Positions 1 through 13,934 are shown, counted from the first letter of the stretch. The stretch is DNA of 64,000 nt from Octopus sinensis (GCF_006345805.1 NC_042997.1:165044001-165108000), one strand, 5' to 3'. Notes: generated by a model from the sequence alone, not told the origin. Numbers and translations: made by a program.

Positions 1-130
1 TATTTACGCGGAGGCTCCATTTCGGATCTACTTGATAATCCGCAGGGCTGGAAGTGTGATACCTGTGGATATGTTTTTCTTTCGAAAGTGGGTTTTGTTA
101 ATAACATGAAATCGCGTATACACCGAAACA
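1..130 (+). mobile_element. Degenerate C2H2-like zinc finger, probably the C-terminus of an RTE-type LINE
   Basis: Frame 1 reads ...GWKCDTCGYVFLSKVGFVNNMKSRIH, resembling the CxxC..S..GL..H motif at RTE ORF ends. It is cut by the window edge. Confidence 0.4.
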
Positions 131-271
131 ATCCACGGAGTTTTACTGCAACGGAAGATCACTGTGGTGTGAAACTTGAGTCGCGTGGTAAATTCTCAGT
201 TTCAGTTTTATTGAAAAACCATACATACATACATACATACATACATACATACATGCATATATATATATATA

Positions 272-475
272 TAGGGAGAGTTTACAAGAAAAACAAAAGA
301 CGAAGACAGGTGATGTACAAAACACAAACAGATGTATTAGTATAACACTCTGGAATAGAAAAAGTCTTTTACGTTTCGAGCCTACGCTCTTCTACAGAAA
401 GGGACACAGAAAAAACAAGGAGAGAAAAAAATGTGTGTAGTGGCTAACGATCTATCATAGCGACTAGTGCCGGAC
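272..475 (-). mobile_element. Penelope-like pseudo-LTR fragment
   Basis: Short unique unit between (TA)n and (CA)n carrying a hammerhead-like motif. Its minus-strand 3' end abuts (TA)n. Confidence 0.45.
366..401 (-). ncRNA. Minimal type I hammerhead-like motif (variant core)
   Basis: Minus strand: CUUU-CUGUAGA-A-GAGC(GUAG)GCUC-GAAAC-GUA^AAAG. Stem I 4 bp, stem II 4 bp, palindromic ACGU stem III, A6U deviation. Confidence 0.5.
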
Positions 476-481
476 AGAAGG

Positions 482-540
<59 letters not shown>

Positions 541-907
541 AGTAAATTTCGAATGCAGTATCGTTGTATACCTGTGTAAACAGCAGAAAGATTGAGCATT
601 TGTTTTTTACCCTTATAAGATGAAAAAAGTTGCCTGCTAGCTATCTGTTTACCTGTGCATGCATATATGCTTGCATGTTTGTGTATATGTATGTAAGTAT
701 GCATGTTCACATACATTTATATACGCGTGCGTGTGTTTTCGTGTGTTTGTCTATCTCTTTAGGATTGAGATGTATAGTGTATATAAACTGCTGGGTGGCT
801 CGGTTGTGAAATAAAAAGTCTTGTTCTTTCTTCATACTTTGCACAATCACTATCCAATAGTTTAAGCAAAAATTACCTAAAAGAACAAATTCAGTGGTGT
901 GCATTTG

Positions 908-1330
908 AATAACATAGACAGATACAGGTATACCGAATACCATACAACTTACATTCTCGACTTATTAAAATGACACCTCTAGATGAGGTGTCATAGTTAC
1001 CAAACGACAATTAAGAACAGCTCGGCCTGAAAAGGGGAGATAATTATAAAGACTGAATGATTCTCTGTAGTTAGCATGCCATTAAGGAAAAAGATAAGTT
1101 TATTGTCTTGAGGTAAGAGGATAGCCAAGTCTCTTGGCTATTGGAGATATGTTTGGACAATTGTCTTTCTTATAAGGCTATTGAGTCAAACCAGCTGTCC
1201 ACAACCGTCCTCTTATCGCCAGACAATAAGTCTGTGTTTTTCCTTCATGGCATGTCAACTTTGGAGAATCCTTGAGTTTTGAGAATATATATTGTATGGT
1301 ATTCGATATACCTGTGTCTGCCTATGTATT
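908..1330. repeat. Segment bounded by ~50-bp imperfect inverted repeats
   Basis: 908-958 (aacatagacagatacaggtataccgaataccatacaac) matches the reverse complement of about 1280-1330. Internal hairpin atgacacctc-tagat-gaggtgtcat near 970-994. Confidence 0.45.
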
Positions 1331-2076
1331 ATTAAAAGAGAGAAAGAGAGTGAATACAGAAATAGAAGTAGATAAACAACGAAAGAGTAGAATCAACTCT
1401 GATACTTGACTTGCAGTTCATTTATCGACTTTGAAAGGAAGTAAAGGAAAAGAACTCTCACTTGAAAATTCGCAAAGAAACAAGAAAAATAATGATTGCA
1501 TTTCAAATACACAATCTAAGAGCCGATAATGAAATATTATATTTACCACGAATAAAGCAAGAAGAACCACCTGCGTCTACAAAATAATGAGATGGCTGCA
1601 GTAAAAAAAAATTGAAATAAACTATCAATATCAAGTAAGCAAAGAAAAAAAAACTAATACGTATAGCTACAAAATATGGACAAAGCAATAAACTGCTTTC
1701 TGTCTTCAAGAGAGCCAACAAATATAAAAGAGAGGCTGAGGTAACTTATAATCTGTAAGGAGAACGGAAAAGCTATGACTGAAAATATTAAAAACAAAAA
1801 AAAATAAACGTATTACAAAATATCAATAGATAACACCTGATACGATTGAATAAAGAACGGGAGAAGGTAAAGAATGGCTCTCTACACTAGCTGAAAAGTG
1901 TAAAAGTCAGATAGGTGACAGTATATATTTCCGACTGAGGTAGAAGGACAAGAATGACTTCACATTAGAAACTACCAAAAGCATAAAAGGAATCAGACTA
2001 CAATAAATAACTGTAGGATATGCGGTGGCTGTGAAGAAAATGATCAGATCGTTTTTGTCTGTCCAGCTTATGTCCG

Positions 2077-2120
<44 letters not shown>

Positions 2121-2122
2121 GA

Positions 2123-2153
<31 letters not shown>

Positions 2154-2205
2154 CTGTCTGCCTGTCTGTCTGTGTGTCTCTCTTTCATTCTCTCTCTCTC
2201 TCTCT

Positions 2206-2244
<39 letters not shown>

Positions 2245-2699
2245 AAACGTAAAGGGAGATTAGTAGAATTCATGGTGATCACTCCAGTTAACACTTACAT
2301 GAACTCCTGGTTAACAGGATATACAGAAGGCAAAATCAATCCAATAACTCGAAAGTTTTCCGCACAAATTGAAAATCCGGGTATTTCCATCAATCGCTGA
2401 GTATAGCAGAAAACTAATAAACGGATAAATATATTGGAATAACATTTATTATCCTGTTACAATCGTCTCAATAACAGGTGGGATAGATAAATCATTTAAC
2501 ATGCTAGAACAAATATCAACAATGGTTACACAACTTCATGCAATATTAAATGGAACCCAACTAGCAATTTCATTAAGGCCTTCAAACGATACAATACACT
2601 TGGACATAGTAAGTCACGGCTATAAATGTAATCAGTAGGAGGAGCTTATAATGTCATTGCGGGGAAAAATAACCAAACTAACATGCCTTCAGAAAGTCA

Positions 2700-3860
2700 C
2701 CGAGTAAAGGGGCTGGACAAACAGAAAGGCGCGTATACTACTAGATAAATTCGATTGAGACGCCATTGTCTGTAGCTTAGGCGAGATAAAAGATGGACAT
2801 TGTAATAGTTTGTCTGAACGGGGAGGAATTTATTCAAATTTGAGTAGCAGTAAACATTAAGTCACTGCAATGCCTCAACTAGGGGGAATAGGCGTGCCAA
2901 GAGTAACACAGAAGGAATAAAGATGATAAGAGATAGAAGAGGAGAAGGAGGATAGAAAAAGAAATAGAGAAAATGCCAGAGGACGTTTTGAATAGAAAGA
3001 TAGAAGTAGACCTACAATTGAAGGGTCTACTAATGTCCATGAAATACCAAATCAAATCATAGTCAAAACGTAATAATGCAATAATATAATATAATATAAT
3101 AACATAGTAAAATAAAAATAAAATAATAATAAAATAATAAGATTTTTACAATATACGGAATCATTAAATGTTTTTTACAAGAAAGTAAAAAATTGATATG
3201 GGAATCACTAAGACAAACTAATGATTAATATTCCAGAAAGTAGTCGACACCTTTACAAAGGATAAATGGATTGTAGGACTATAAGCAGGGAGAGATTAGA
3301 GAAGACTAATGATAACAGGGAGGAATGAAATGCAATTTCCTATAATATAAGTTAGCTAAAGGTATCTTAAAAAGGAATCAGACTACAACGGTTTGAACAA
3401 CGGATCGACAAATTATATTTATTAATTAGTCCAGACTTATAGGATTCCAAGAGCCTCTATGCGCCAGTTATTACAACTGTTACAACCCTCTTTTATATGA
3501 AATTGTCCTTCCTATATTTGACCCCAAAATAGAGTAATCAATATCTCTGTATAACATCCCAAATAAATTTTGCTATTTATAACGTAATGTGTGCCTATTA
3601 CTGAAAGAATGTACCTGATTACTCCATCTTGATTTTGAATTTTGAAGTAGTAGCACCAATATAGCAGTATACGTTATCGAATGTCTGGGTGGAACATTTG
3701 TATACTATACATGTTCAAATATACTGGTTATTCAAAGGACAAGTACTACGATTCCTACAGTTACACACACTGTTAGGTTTGATATGAAGCGAAGAATTAC
3801 TGGTTGTTTTGTTACTAAAGTATTGTTATGAAGAGGCACAGAATCAAAAGTCTTATCCAT
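2700..3860 (+). pseudogene. Heavily decayed Penelope-like reverse transcriptase
   Basis: Frameshifted motif remnants in PLE order: NLSS (~2837), RL.G.P / P.I (~3435-3480), LILNFEVV for the FDV motif (~3630), KDKYY (~3735). Confidence 0.35.
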
Positions 3861-3971
3861 GTTATATATATATATATATATATACACATGCGTATGTATG
3901 TATATATATGTATATGTATACATAAGTATATACATACATACATAATATATATATGTATATATATATATATA

Positions 3972-4168
3972 TATAACAAAAAATAAGGGTGTCTGAGAGA
4001 CACCATCATGCCGAAGCAGTGAAAACCATGACTTTAAAAACCACGTTAACTGTTCATATCGTACCATATCTCATGGTACGATATGAACATTTAACGTGGT
4101 TTTTAAAGTCAGGGTTTTCACTGCTTCGGCATGGTGGTGTCTCTCAGACACCCTTATTTTTCGTTGTA
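3972..4168. repeat. Fold-back inverted repeat (~96-bp arms, 5-nt loop) between (TA)n tracts
   Basis: 3972-4067 is the near-perfect reverse complement of 4073-4168. Centre gtaccat-atctc-atggtac. Confidence 0.9.
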
Positions 4169-4251
4169 AAAAATTATCACCTTTGTACGGTACTTTTTCC
4201 CATGCTGGCCACTTGATAATATCGATATTTAAATATTGATATTATCCTTAA

Positions 4252-4643
<392 letters not shown>

Positions 4644-4825
4644 GGAAATTAAAGAGTGGTATGTTGAATGCTGTTCGTATACTTTTTATTCATAGAAGTC
4701 TCCCTCTATGATGGAAAACATAAACCTAGCCGTTATTGTAGAGACTTTGAAAGAAAAGAGAAGATAAGAATTCCACCATTTACATGTCAAGAGAAACGAC
4801 GATAGTATATATCTCTTTTCAAGCA

Positions 4826-4879
4826 TGAGATAATAATTTACATAGTTTCAGCCTATTTGCCTTCGTCAGTTTAGTACTC
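4826..4879 (-). ncRNA. Decayed hammerhead-like motif in a pLTR-like unit (~4645-4900)
   Basis: Minus strand: CUGACGA-AGGC(AAAUA)GGCU-GAAAC-UAU-GUA. Core intact, one stem II mismatch, poor stem I. The unit ends 3' in (TA)n. Confidence 0.35.
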
Positions 4880-5750
4880 TTTAATCAAGGGTGCAAATCA
4901 GTCGATAGGTTTTAACATAAAGAAACAGATTTATGTTTCAGCCAAGAAAAGTTTGTAGAATTAAAAACAAAACAGAATTAATTGAAATATTTCAAAGGAA
5001 CCAATGGCAGTAATTTGGATAATCATTTTCAAGGATATTGGGCTAAACGCTGTAGATAAAGCGTTCTTAATCTTTTAAAATTTCCTACTAATTTGGAGAA
5101 AGGAGACAAAAACTTGGAGTTGGAAATTTCATAAATTGGAAATTATGCAAGCATTATGTAATACTAACAGAAAATGGATGGTACAGCACACATTAGATGG
5201 GTTGATGGTTGTGATTGTGGCATTGATGGTGGCATTGGTATTGGTGGTAGTGATGGTGATGGCATTGGCGGTGGTAGAGAAGATAGTATTAGCGAGGGTG
5301 GTTGTTTGATGTTGTTACTGATGATAGTATTAGCAATGGTGGTTGCATTAATGGATATATACAATTGGTTGAGTTACATTTATACTGAGACTAATAAAGC
5401 GTGATATCTAACGAGGCAGTGAGCTTTCACCCTCTTTCCCATTCTCTCTACCTCCCTGCCTCTGTCGTTCCATTTCTCCACTATCTCTTTCTTTCTTTTT
5501 CTCTTTCCCTCTCTCCCTGACTCTCTCGATGTTTAGACTCATAGATTCATACTTGAATACAGTACTGCATGCTAATATCTATTAAATACTCATTTATTAT
5601 ATGGTGCTCTCTTTTCTCCCTTCCTCCTTTCTCCCCTCTCTCTACCAGAAGCAGTCGTACTTTTACTACTTTCTGCAACGAACTGTGATACCTAACTACC
5701 TACCTACTTAACTACATATCTATCTGTCTATGACAGAATTTTACAGCTAG

Positions 5751-5842
<92 letters not shown>

Positions 5843-6082
5843 CAGGCAGGCAGACAGGCAGAGGGGGAGGAAGGAAGAAAGGAAGGAAGGAAGGAAGGAA
5901 AGCGAGAGAGAACGTGTGAGTGTAGGAGGACATAGAAATTGGTCAATGTCGCTGATGGAATATGTATTTCTATTGAAATAGCGAGCTACAATTCCCCACT
6001 TGCGCTTCCATAGAACTGGTCCCCATTTGACAGACAGCTGATTTCCTTAATTCTTTCTGCTCGAGATACAAGTTCTGAAATT

Positions 6083-6258
6083 TTCAGGAAAGCGAGCAAG
6101 TCGATTACATCAACATCAGTACTTGGCTGGTACTTATTTTACCAACTTCGAAAGGATAAAAAGCAAAGAAGACCTCGGCGACATTTGAACTCAGAACGTA
6201 AAAACTAAAAACGGATGAGATGCCACTAAGCATTTTGTTCGGCATACTAACGATTTTA
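6083..6258 (-). mobile_element. tRNA-derived SINE family B (degenerate)
   Basis: Reverse complement of the ...ttctgagttcaaat...gaggtc...tcctttcg...aagtaccag... consensus seen at 10690-11187. Confidence 0.7.
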
Positions 6259-6627
6259 ACATTTTCTGGTGCTCTCTTGAATAAAATGGATACCGTGGGA
6301 TGCCGATTGCGCTAACTGTGCAAGGAGTAGAGAATGTAACATTTTGCTTCTTGTCTTTAGAAGATATAGAAGTTAAATGAGTTGTTAGCTAGGTAGTGAT
6401 ACAAGATGCGTATCACAAGATCCCGAAACAATAGGCTAGTCGGGAGATACATGATGTGTCCAACAAGAACTAGGAGAAGTATATTAATCGGTAGCACAAT
6501 AAGTGTCAAGAAATGTGCCTCAAGAGACAGAGATAATAGTTTGGTCTTATAATGAACTACTGAAACTCACTTTGTCGGAGGTATAAAATTGTAGTATCTC
6601 TCTCTCTCTCTCACTCTCTCTTTAAAA

Positions 6628-6706
<79 letters not shown>

Positions 6707-6746
6707 CCTACCTTTCAATCTATCTTTCTAATCCTCTATCAATCTT

Positions 6747-6833
6747 TTAGATATAAATAGCTGAAAATTGGTAAGATAGATAGGTAGATATGTACTAAAG
6801 TTGGTAGAAAGTTAAGTATTGTTGAAATCAGAA

Positions 6834-6872
<39 letters not shown>

Positions 6873-7119
6873 AACACGCACACACACATGTGTGTGTATG
6901 TAAGTGTGCATTTATGTAACATATAAATGTATGCACATACGTAAATACACATACATGTAAGTGTGCATTTATGTAACATATAAATGTATGCACATACGTA
7001 AATACACATACATACATACTTATACATAAGTATGTATGTATGTGTATTTACGTATGTGCATACATTTATATGTTACATAAATGCACACTTACATACACAC
7101 ATGTGTGTGTGTGCGTGTT

Positions 7120-7155
<36 letters not shown>

Positions 7156-7238
7156 CTTCTGATTTCAACAATACTTAACTTTCTACCAACTTTAGTACAT
7201 ATCTACCTATCTATCTTACCAATTTACAGCTATTTATA

Positions 7239-7243
<5 letters not shown>
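6747..7243. repeat. Fold-back inverted duplication (~220-bp arms, 2-nt loop) with a 57-bp tandem duplication in the left arm
   Basis: Centre tacttat-ac-ataagta at 7024-7025. Arms are almost identical. The 57-bp unit starts at 6901 and again at 6958. Confidence 0.9.
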
Positions 7244-7283
<40 letters not shown>

Positions 7284-7689
7284 AATATATGCGCACACAA
7301 ACGCACAATATATTATATCATAGTGCGTATATATGTATGTGTGCGTGCGTGTATATATATACTCCATCGTATTGGATGGCATAAAAGATGCACTTTTTCC
7401 TCCAAAACATATCTCAGAAAAATAGCTCGAGTCCTACGTGTGAAGTTGGGCGTCCCATAAACTAATTTTCTCCCTGATGCTCTTATTCCCGAACATACGC
7501 TGCTGGAATTGGGATGCTTGTAATATGCACACATACCCACTCACCACACACAACCCCTCTCAAACACACACACACACTACCCCTCACAAACACACACACA
7601 GTGCAATGGTGATTGTGAATGCGGTGATAGTGGAGAGTTTGGTTATGATGTTGTTGCCGCTTGTGGGGTGTTTTTGGCGGAAGTTTTGG

Positions 7690-7712
7690 TATTACTACTA
7701 CTACAACTACTA

Positions 7713-7762
<50 letters not shown>

Positions 7763-7786
7763 ACTACTTCTACTACTACTACTACT

Positions 7787-7868
<82 letters not shown>

Positions 7869-8189
7869 ATGGTGGTGGTCGTGGTCGTCGTCGTTGTAGT
7901 CGTGGTTGTTGTGGTGCGGGTTGTGGTAGTGATGGTGGTACTGCTTGTAATCACAATTATGTCGGTGATGGTGTGGGTGGCCGTGAAAGTTATAGTGGTT
8001 ATGAATGACTGTAGCAGTTACGGCGGTTGCGACGGTTGTGGCGGTCGTAGCAGTCGTGGTGGTCGTGGCGGCAGTGGTGTGTCTGTGATGATTGTGTTAT
8101 TGGACGGCAATTAAAGCCAGTCACTTGCTTGGTTGTGTGTCTTTGATGTTTACAAAGTCATTTATGCATTGAGTGATGGTACAGTGTTA

Positions 8190-8267
<78 letters not shown>

Positions 8268-9064
8268 TATTATCATTATTATTATTATTATTATTATTAT
8301 TGTTATTGTTATTGTTGTTGTTGTTGTCTATACTCAAGCAGTCCCTACTGAGCGATCGAGCTTTCAATTGCTACAATATACAACCGAAAGGTTGCGTACA
8401 GAATTTTCCCCCGTCTTGTTCAATTGGCTGAAACATCCCTTGGCCTCGGATCAAAATCTTTTGTATAGGATGCAACCATCTTTGAAGTCCGTGTTATAAT
8501 AGGATACAATACTTACGCCATTTCTAAATTAGGATTCTTTTCTGTACTTTTCTCATATTTTTTTCTTTTTTTTTTGCTTTTTTCTTTGCTGCTTTTGTTG
8601 TTGTAATATTTTATTCTATTTTATAGTTTTCCTATTGTATTCTGCTTAATTATTTGTTTATTATTGGTTTATTTGTATATTTATTGTTTGTTTGTTTTGA
8701 AAGGAAGATGCCGTACGATAACAATAACGTTAACAATGACGACAATAACAACGAGAATAACAAAATCAACAACAACAAAGACAGTTAATGAATAAAATGG
8801 TGCATATTTTTGCTTATTTCATTATATATATATATATCTTTTCTTTTTCTTTTTTTTCATCACCAATTCCCCGTATCGTGTTCCAGCGTTTTATTTTTAA
8901 TTCACTTTGTTTTTAGAATTGTTGTTTAGATTGTTGTTCGTGTTGTTGTTGCTTTCCTCCTCATTATTATTATTACTAAAATTATCATGGCTGCCGTCGT
9001 GGCGATAGTGATGACGATCATCGTCATAATCATCTTCATCACCATTATTATTGTTATTATTATT

Positions 9065-9108
<44 letters not shown>

Positions 9109-9147
9109 TATTATTATTATTATTATATTATTATTATTATTATCATT

Positions 9148-9191
<44 letters not shown>

Positions 9192-9215
9192 TATTATTAT
9201 TATTATTATTATTAC

Positions 9216-9254
<39 letters not shown>

Positions 9255-9400
9255 GATCATGATCATCATCATCGTCATCATCATCATCATCATCATCATT
9301 ACCATCATCATCATTATTATCACCCTCACCATCACCATCATCATCATCATGGCTATTATCATTATCGTCATTATCGTTATTGTCATTATTATTTCATCAT
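7690..9400. repeat. Compound trinucleotide microsatellite field (TAC, TGC, CAG, TAG, GGT, TAT, CAT)
   Basis: Seen directly. It explains the homopolymeric ORFs in the track. Confidence 0.9.
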
Positions 9401-9830
9401 TCCACTAATTAATGCAATGGAGTTGACTTTAATGGTATTAGAATTGCTTCTCAATTGGAAATTCTTGAAAACAACAGCAGCAACAACAACAACAACAACA
9501 ACACAACAAGCCAGTATCAGTATTTCCAAAGATGACCACAAACAACAACAAAAACTACAACGACAGCTAAAACAATAGCAACAAAATCCAATACAAAAGC
9601 TTAAAAACATGATTTGTTTTACCCCTAATGACGCACACATAGCTACCTACCAGGTCTGTCTCTCTCTCTCACTCTCTCTTGCTCTTTCTCCCTCACACAC
9701 ACACACACACAAAAACACTCACACACATACGCACACAACACATACAACACGCACGCAGTGAAAAACACGCGAGAGTACATACACAAAAACACATGCATAG
9801 CAAAAAATAGTTTTGTTTGAGGAAGAGAAT

Positions 9831-10012
9831 ACTCTATTTACTCTTTACTCTTTTACTTGTTTCAGTCATTTGACTGCGGCCATGCTGGAGCACCGCCTTT
9901 AGTCGAGCAAATCGACCCCAGGATTCATTCTTTGCAAGCCTAGTACTTATTCTATCAGTCTCTTTTGCCGAACCGCTAAGTTACGGAGGAGGGTGGAACA
10001 AACACAGACACA

Positions 10013-10089
<77 letters not shown>

Positions 10090-10263
10090 CACATATATAC
10101 GACGAGATTCTTTCAGCTTTCGTCCACCAAATCCACTCACAAAGCCTTGGTCGGCCCGAGACTATAGTAGAAGACACTTGCCCAAGGTGCCACACAGTGG
10201 GATTGAACCCGGTGCCATGTGGCTGGTAAACAAGCTACTTACCACACAGCCACTCCTGCGCCT
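9831..10263 (-). mobile_element. tRNA-derived SINE family A, near full length
   Basis: Head aggcgcaggagtggctgtgtggtaag with B-box-like ggttcaatccc, internal (TG)n, tail ...tgactgaaacaagtaaaagagtaaagag. Many copies in the window. Confidence 0.85.
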
Positions 10264-10514
10264 ATAAGTAAAATTTGATCCATCAACTAACAAGTCCTAC
10301 CGAGACAAAAAAAAAAAAATTGAGATGACGTTAGTAGGTTTACAGCATATTGATCTTGCAAAGGAATTTAAGGTGAGATCGATCTCGGGTTGTTGGTTTT
10401 GAATTCACAACCAATGAGTGGAAATTGAATAATGTATCAAGCCTGCTACAGTACCATCTTGGCTACTTCCATAATAGTACCGGTGACGACGACGTTGGAC
10501 GACAACAACGATGG

Positions 10515-10564
<50 letters not shown>

Positions 10565-10689
10565 GTAGTGGTGGTGGTGGTGGTGGTGGTAGTGGTGGTG
10601 GTGTCAATGATGGTTATTACGATCAGAATTAAAAAGTATGTTTCAAATACTCGAGCCGATGTAATCGACCGATGCCTTCCCACCAAATT

Positions 10690-11187
10690 TCTGGCAGAAT
10701 CGTTAGCACGCCGGGCGAAATGCTTAGAGGCATTTCGTCCGCCTTCACGTTCTGAGTTCAAATTTACCTTTGAGATCGACTTTACCTTTTATCCTTTCGG
10801 GGTCGATAAAAACGAGTGCCAGTTGAGTACTGGTGGTCGATATAATCAACTTACCCTCGCCCCCAGAAATTTCTGACTTGTCCCTAATTTTGAAATCATC
10901 CTCATCATCCTCATCATCCTCATCATCAGTAATGATAATAATAATAATAGTAGTAGTAGTAGTAGTAGTAGTAAAGGCGGCAAACTAGCAGAATTGTCAG
11001 CACGCTGCACAGAATGCTTAGCGGCATTTCGCCTGTCTTTACATTCTGAGTTCAAATCCCGACGAGATCGACTTTGCTTTCATCCTTTCAGGGTCGATAA
11101 AAACAAGTACCAGTTGAGTACTAGTGGTCGATGTAATCGAATTGCTCCCGCTCCCAGAAATGTGTGGCTTGTGCCAAAATTTGAAAT
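10690..11187 (+). mobile_element. Two tandem SINE family B copies (10690-10895, 10975-11187)
   Basis: ggcagaatcgttagcacg...gttctgagttcaaat...gactttgctttcatcctttc.gggtcgataaaa...gtaccagttgag. tRNA-like head plus conserved central domain. Confidence 0.8.
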
Positions 11188-11217
11188 CCTCCTCCTCCTC
11201 ATCATCATCATCATTAT

Positions 11218-11781
11218 TGAGTGAGAGAGCAGCGAATGCCATCAAAATGACACTGGGGTAAAATATACGAAGCCCAGTATATTTTGACTATACATCATGA
11301 CTACCCGTCCGATAAGGGTACACCAGGCACATGCATCACAGCCATATGTGCGCGACATAGTGATCTTATATGAAGATTAACAGCACATGACCTTGCAGGT
11401 GGGGCCCAGTTAGAAGTTTCTTCAGGTCGAGTAGCCCATCCCTCTCAAAAGGTCCCTGAATAAGGGTTGTTTAAGGACGTTGAATGAAACATCCATGTTT
11501 CCAGACGTGAATTATCCAAATCCTAAAGAATTTCTCTCAACACATGGCTATGATGCTCCCCCACTACTTCTGCTCATGATCAGTGATGCACATATCGCCA
11601 GCTACTAAGGGACATGCTCAACTGGTTACGGTAAAACAACTGAAAGCAAATATGTGGTATTGGGCAGAATATTTGCAAGAGTTCATCTTTTATACCATGA
11701 CAAAACAATGTACATGATAACACTTCCAATCAATCAAGATGGGCATCCATGAAAGCCACTGCCTGGTACTACATCAGGGCA
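11218..11781 (-). mobile_element. ~560-bp non-coding (TAA)n-associated element (family D), full length
   Basis: Reverse complement of 57415-57967. Begins tgccctgatgtagtaccaggcagtggc and ends ctctctcactcaataatga. Confidence 0.8.
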
Positions 11782-13031
11782 TGGTACTACATTAGTTGGA
11801 GTGGACTTCAGTCTGTTGTGATGAAATTCTGCACAGATATTTCCCGATGTTTTATAAGTGCAAGTGAAAGAACAAATTTTCATCATGAATTTTATGTCAT
11901 GCAGGAACCCTTATTGAACTTTTTGTAAGGTGTATTGCAACTGGGGTTAGTCAACAAAGTTAGTCCTTTAGTACTGCAACTGGAGTTAGTCAACATTAAG
12001 GTAAAAATGGTTTCTTCTTTCCTTAAATCTGCCTCTCTAGAAGATTACAATAAGCAAAGAAAAACCACTATCATACAAGAGAAAATGAATAGCAAAATTA
12101 TATAAATGAACACAGAAACAAAAGATAAAATTTTAAAACAACTATAATAATAAACATGCAACATAAAAATGCAGCTTAGCAAGCAACACTTTTAAGAAAA
12201 ACAACAATAGTAGCAACAGCAACAACAACGATATTTCATATGCCTAGCTCCGAGTGTGAACACAAAGAGCGAAAAGATCTATTTTACGAATGTTCTTTCA
12301 AACAAAAGTTCTCTTAATATTTATTGAAATTTATTGAAAGTTCGAAAGCTTGATACTACCGTCCATGAAACATGACACTGTCGCTAAAACAGACTACAAT
12401 TCCATTAGCAGAAAGAATCGTCCTTATGGTCATATGAAAGCCACATCAGAACGAGAACCTTTTTACACCTTTAGAAATATTCCAATAAAAAAGCAGACGA
12501 GTAGATGCGTAACAGGCCTAGTATTGTTGTATACGGCGAGATTGAAATCATTCGCTGTTACAGTGATTAGCTGCCTACGGATATGAAAAGAGAAGTATGA
12601 AATTATGGTAAAAAAGAGCATCTCTAAATAACCAATGAGATATCTAGAGATCAAATGTACTTTCGTTTTTGCCTATTATCATAGAGTATTGGATTGCGTA
12701 TGAACAGGTCTATGTAAAAACTTATAAATGCTAGGATTCTCCAAGAAGCAAGAAGATTTGCATTTCCCTAATAGAGGCACAGAGAAACTTTGTGAAATAT
12801 TTTAGCGTTATCCCTGTGAGATTCCTGGAAAACCTCAAATAAACACGAACGCACACATTCGTATGATACACTCATATATAATATATATACAATGTATATG
12901 ATGTACAATATAAATTTACGTACATATATACATGTATACATGTATAAATATAGATATATATGCACATAAATATATGCAAATATATACATTCAGATATGTG
13001 CGCTTATATACTTATTATATTTACAAACGTG

Positions 13032-13901
13032 TACGAGAGGGTATGAAAAGGTTCCTGGACCAGTTACGTTTAATAAAAAATAACTTATTGACATAAGTGT
13101 TAACATCATCTCCTTCGAAATAGTCATCTTGTACTGCATTACACCTATCCCAGTGTTCTTGCCACGTTTGGAATCCGGCCTGGAAGTCGTTTCCCGTAAG
13201 CGAACCGAGGACCTTCTGCGATTCGCTCTAGATCTCGACAAGGGTGTTAAAACGGCATTTTCATCTTGGGCAAGAGATGAATGTCTGCAGGTGCTAAATC
13301 TGGCAAATAGGACAGGTGCAGGAACAATAACATATTATTTTTAGTGAGAAACTCACGTTGACAGAGTGAATTGTCGTCGTGAATAATCCAGTTCATCACG
13401 TTCCACAGATCCGGTCGCTTTCACCGAATGCCTTCCCTCAAGTGTTTCAAAACGTCGTAGTAGAACTCTTGATTGACGGTCTGGCCCTGGAGGAAGAACT
13501 CTCGATGCACAATATCACATTTCCGGGGGTGACCCTCATGGCTGGCCTTCCAGATCGCTCATTTTCTTCCAGGGACGTTTTTCCGCTTTGCGTACGACCC
13601 ATTGCCTCATCGCCATAAGCCTGCAGAAGCCATGCTCAATGTCTCTGCAGCAGACTTTCCAAGTCTGACTCAAAATTTCACGTTGGCTCTTTGTTCTTGT
13701 CCATGAACAATCTCGCAGACTATAGTATACATGTGATCACAAAAGCATAAATTTCACACCTTGCGAAGTAAACACAACAATGTCTCTCGTCACACTACTT
13801 CATGATGGTCTCTGCTAACTCTCACTATGGTTGCAACCGTGTGCTGCAATCTGTTGGCGCACTACTGAACTAGCCCAAGAACTTTTTGATACCACTTCGT
13901 A
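13032..13901 (-). mobile_element. Internally deleted mariner transposon
   Basis: TIRs tacgagagggtatgaaaaggttcc and rc tacgaagtggtatcaaaaagttct with TA ends. Minus-strand relics EQRANVKF..LGKSAAETL, SLEENERSGRP, GQTVNQEFYYDVLKHLRE, WIIHDDN. Confidence 0.85.
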
Positions 13902-13903
13902 CA

Positions 13904-13934
<31 letters not shown>

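Noticed and set aside
7477-9640. Long ORFs rich in poly-T/S/L/H/I/M
   Set aside because: Pure trinucleotide microsatellite translations open in many frames, with no domain or splice evidence.
12245-12290. GCUC...GAGC-GAAA-AGAUCU motif
   Set aside because: No CUGANGA-like core upstream.
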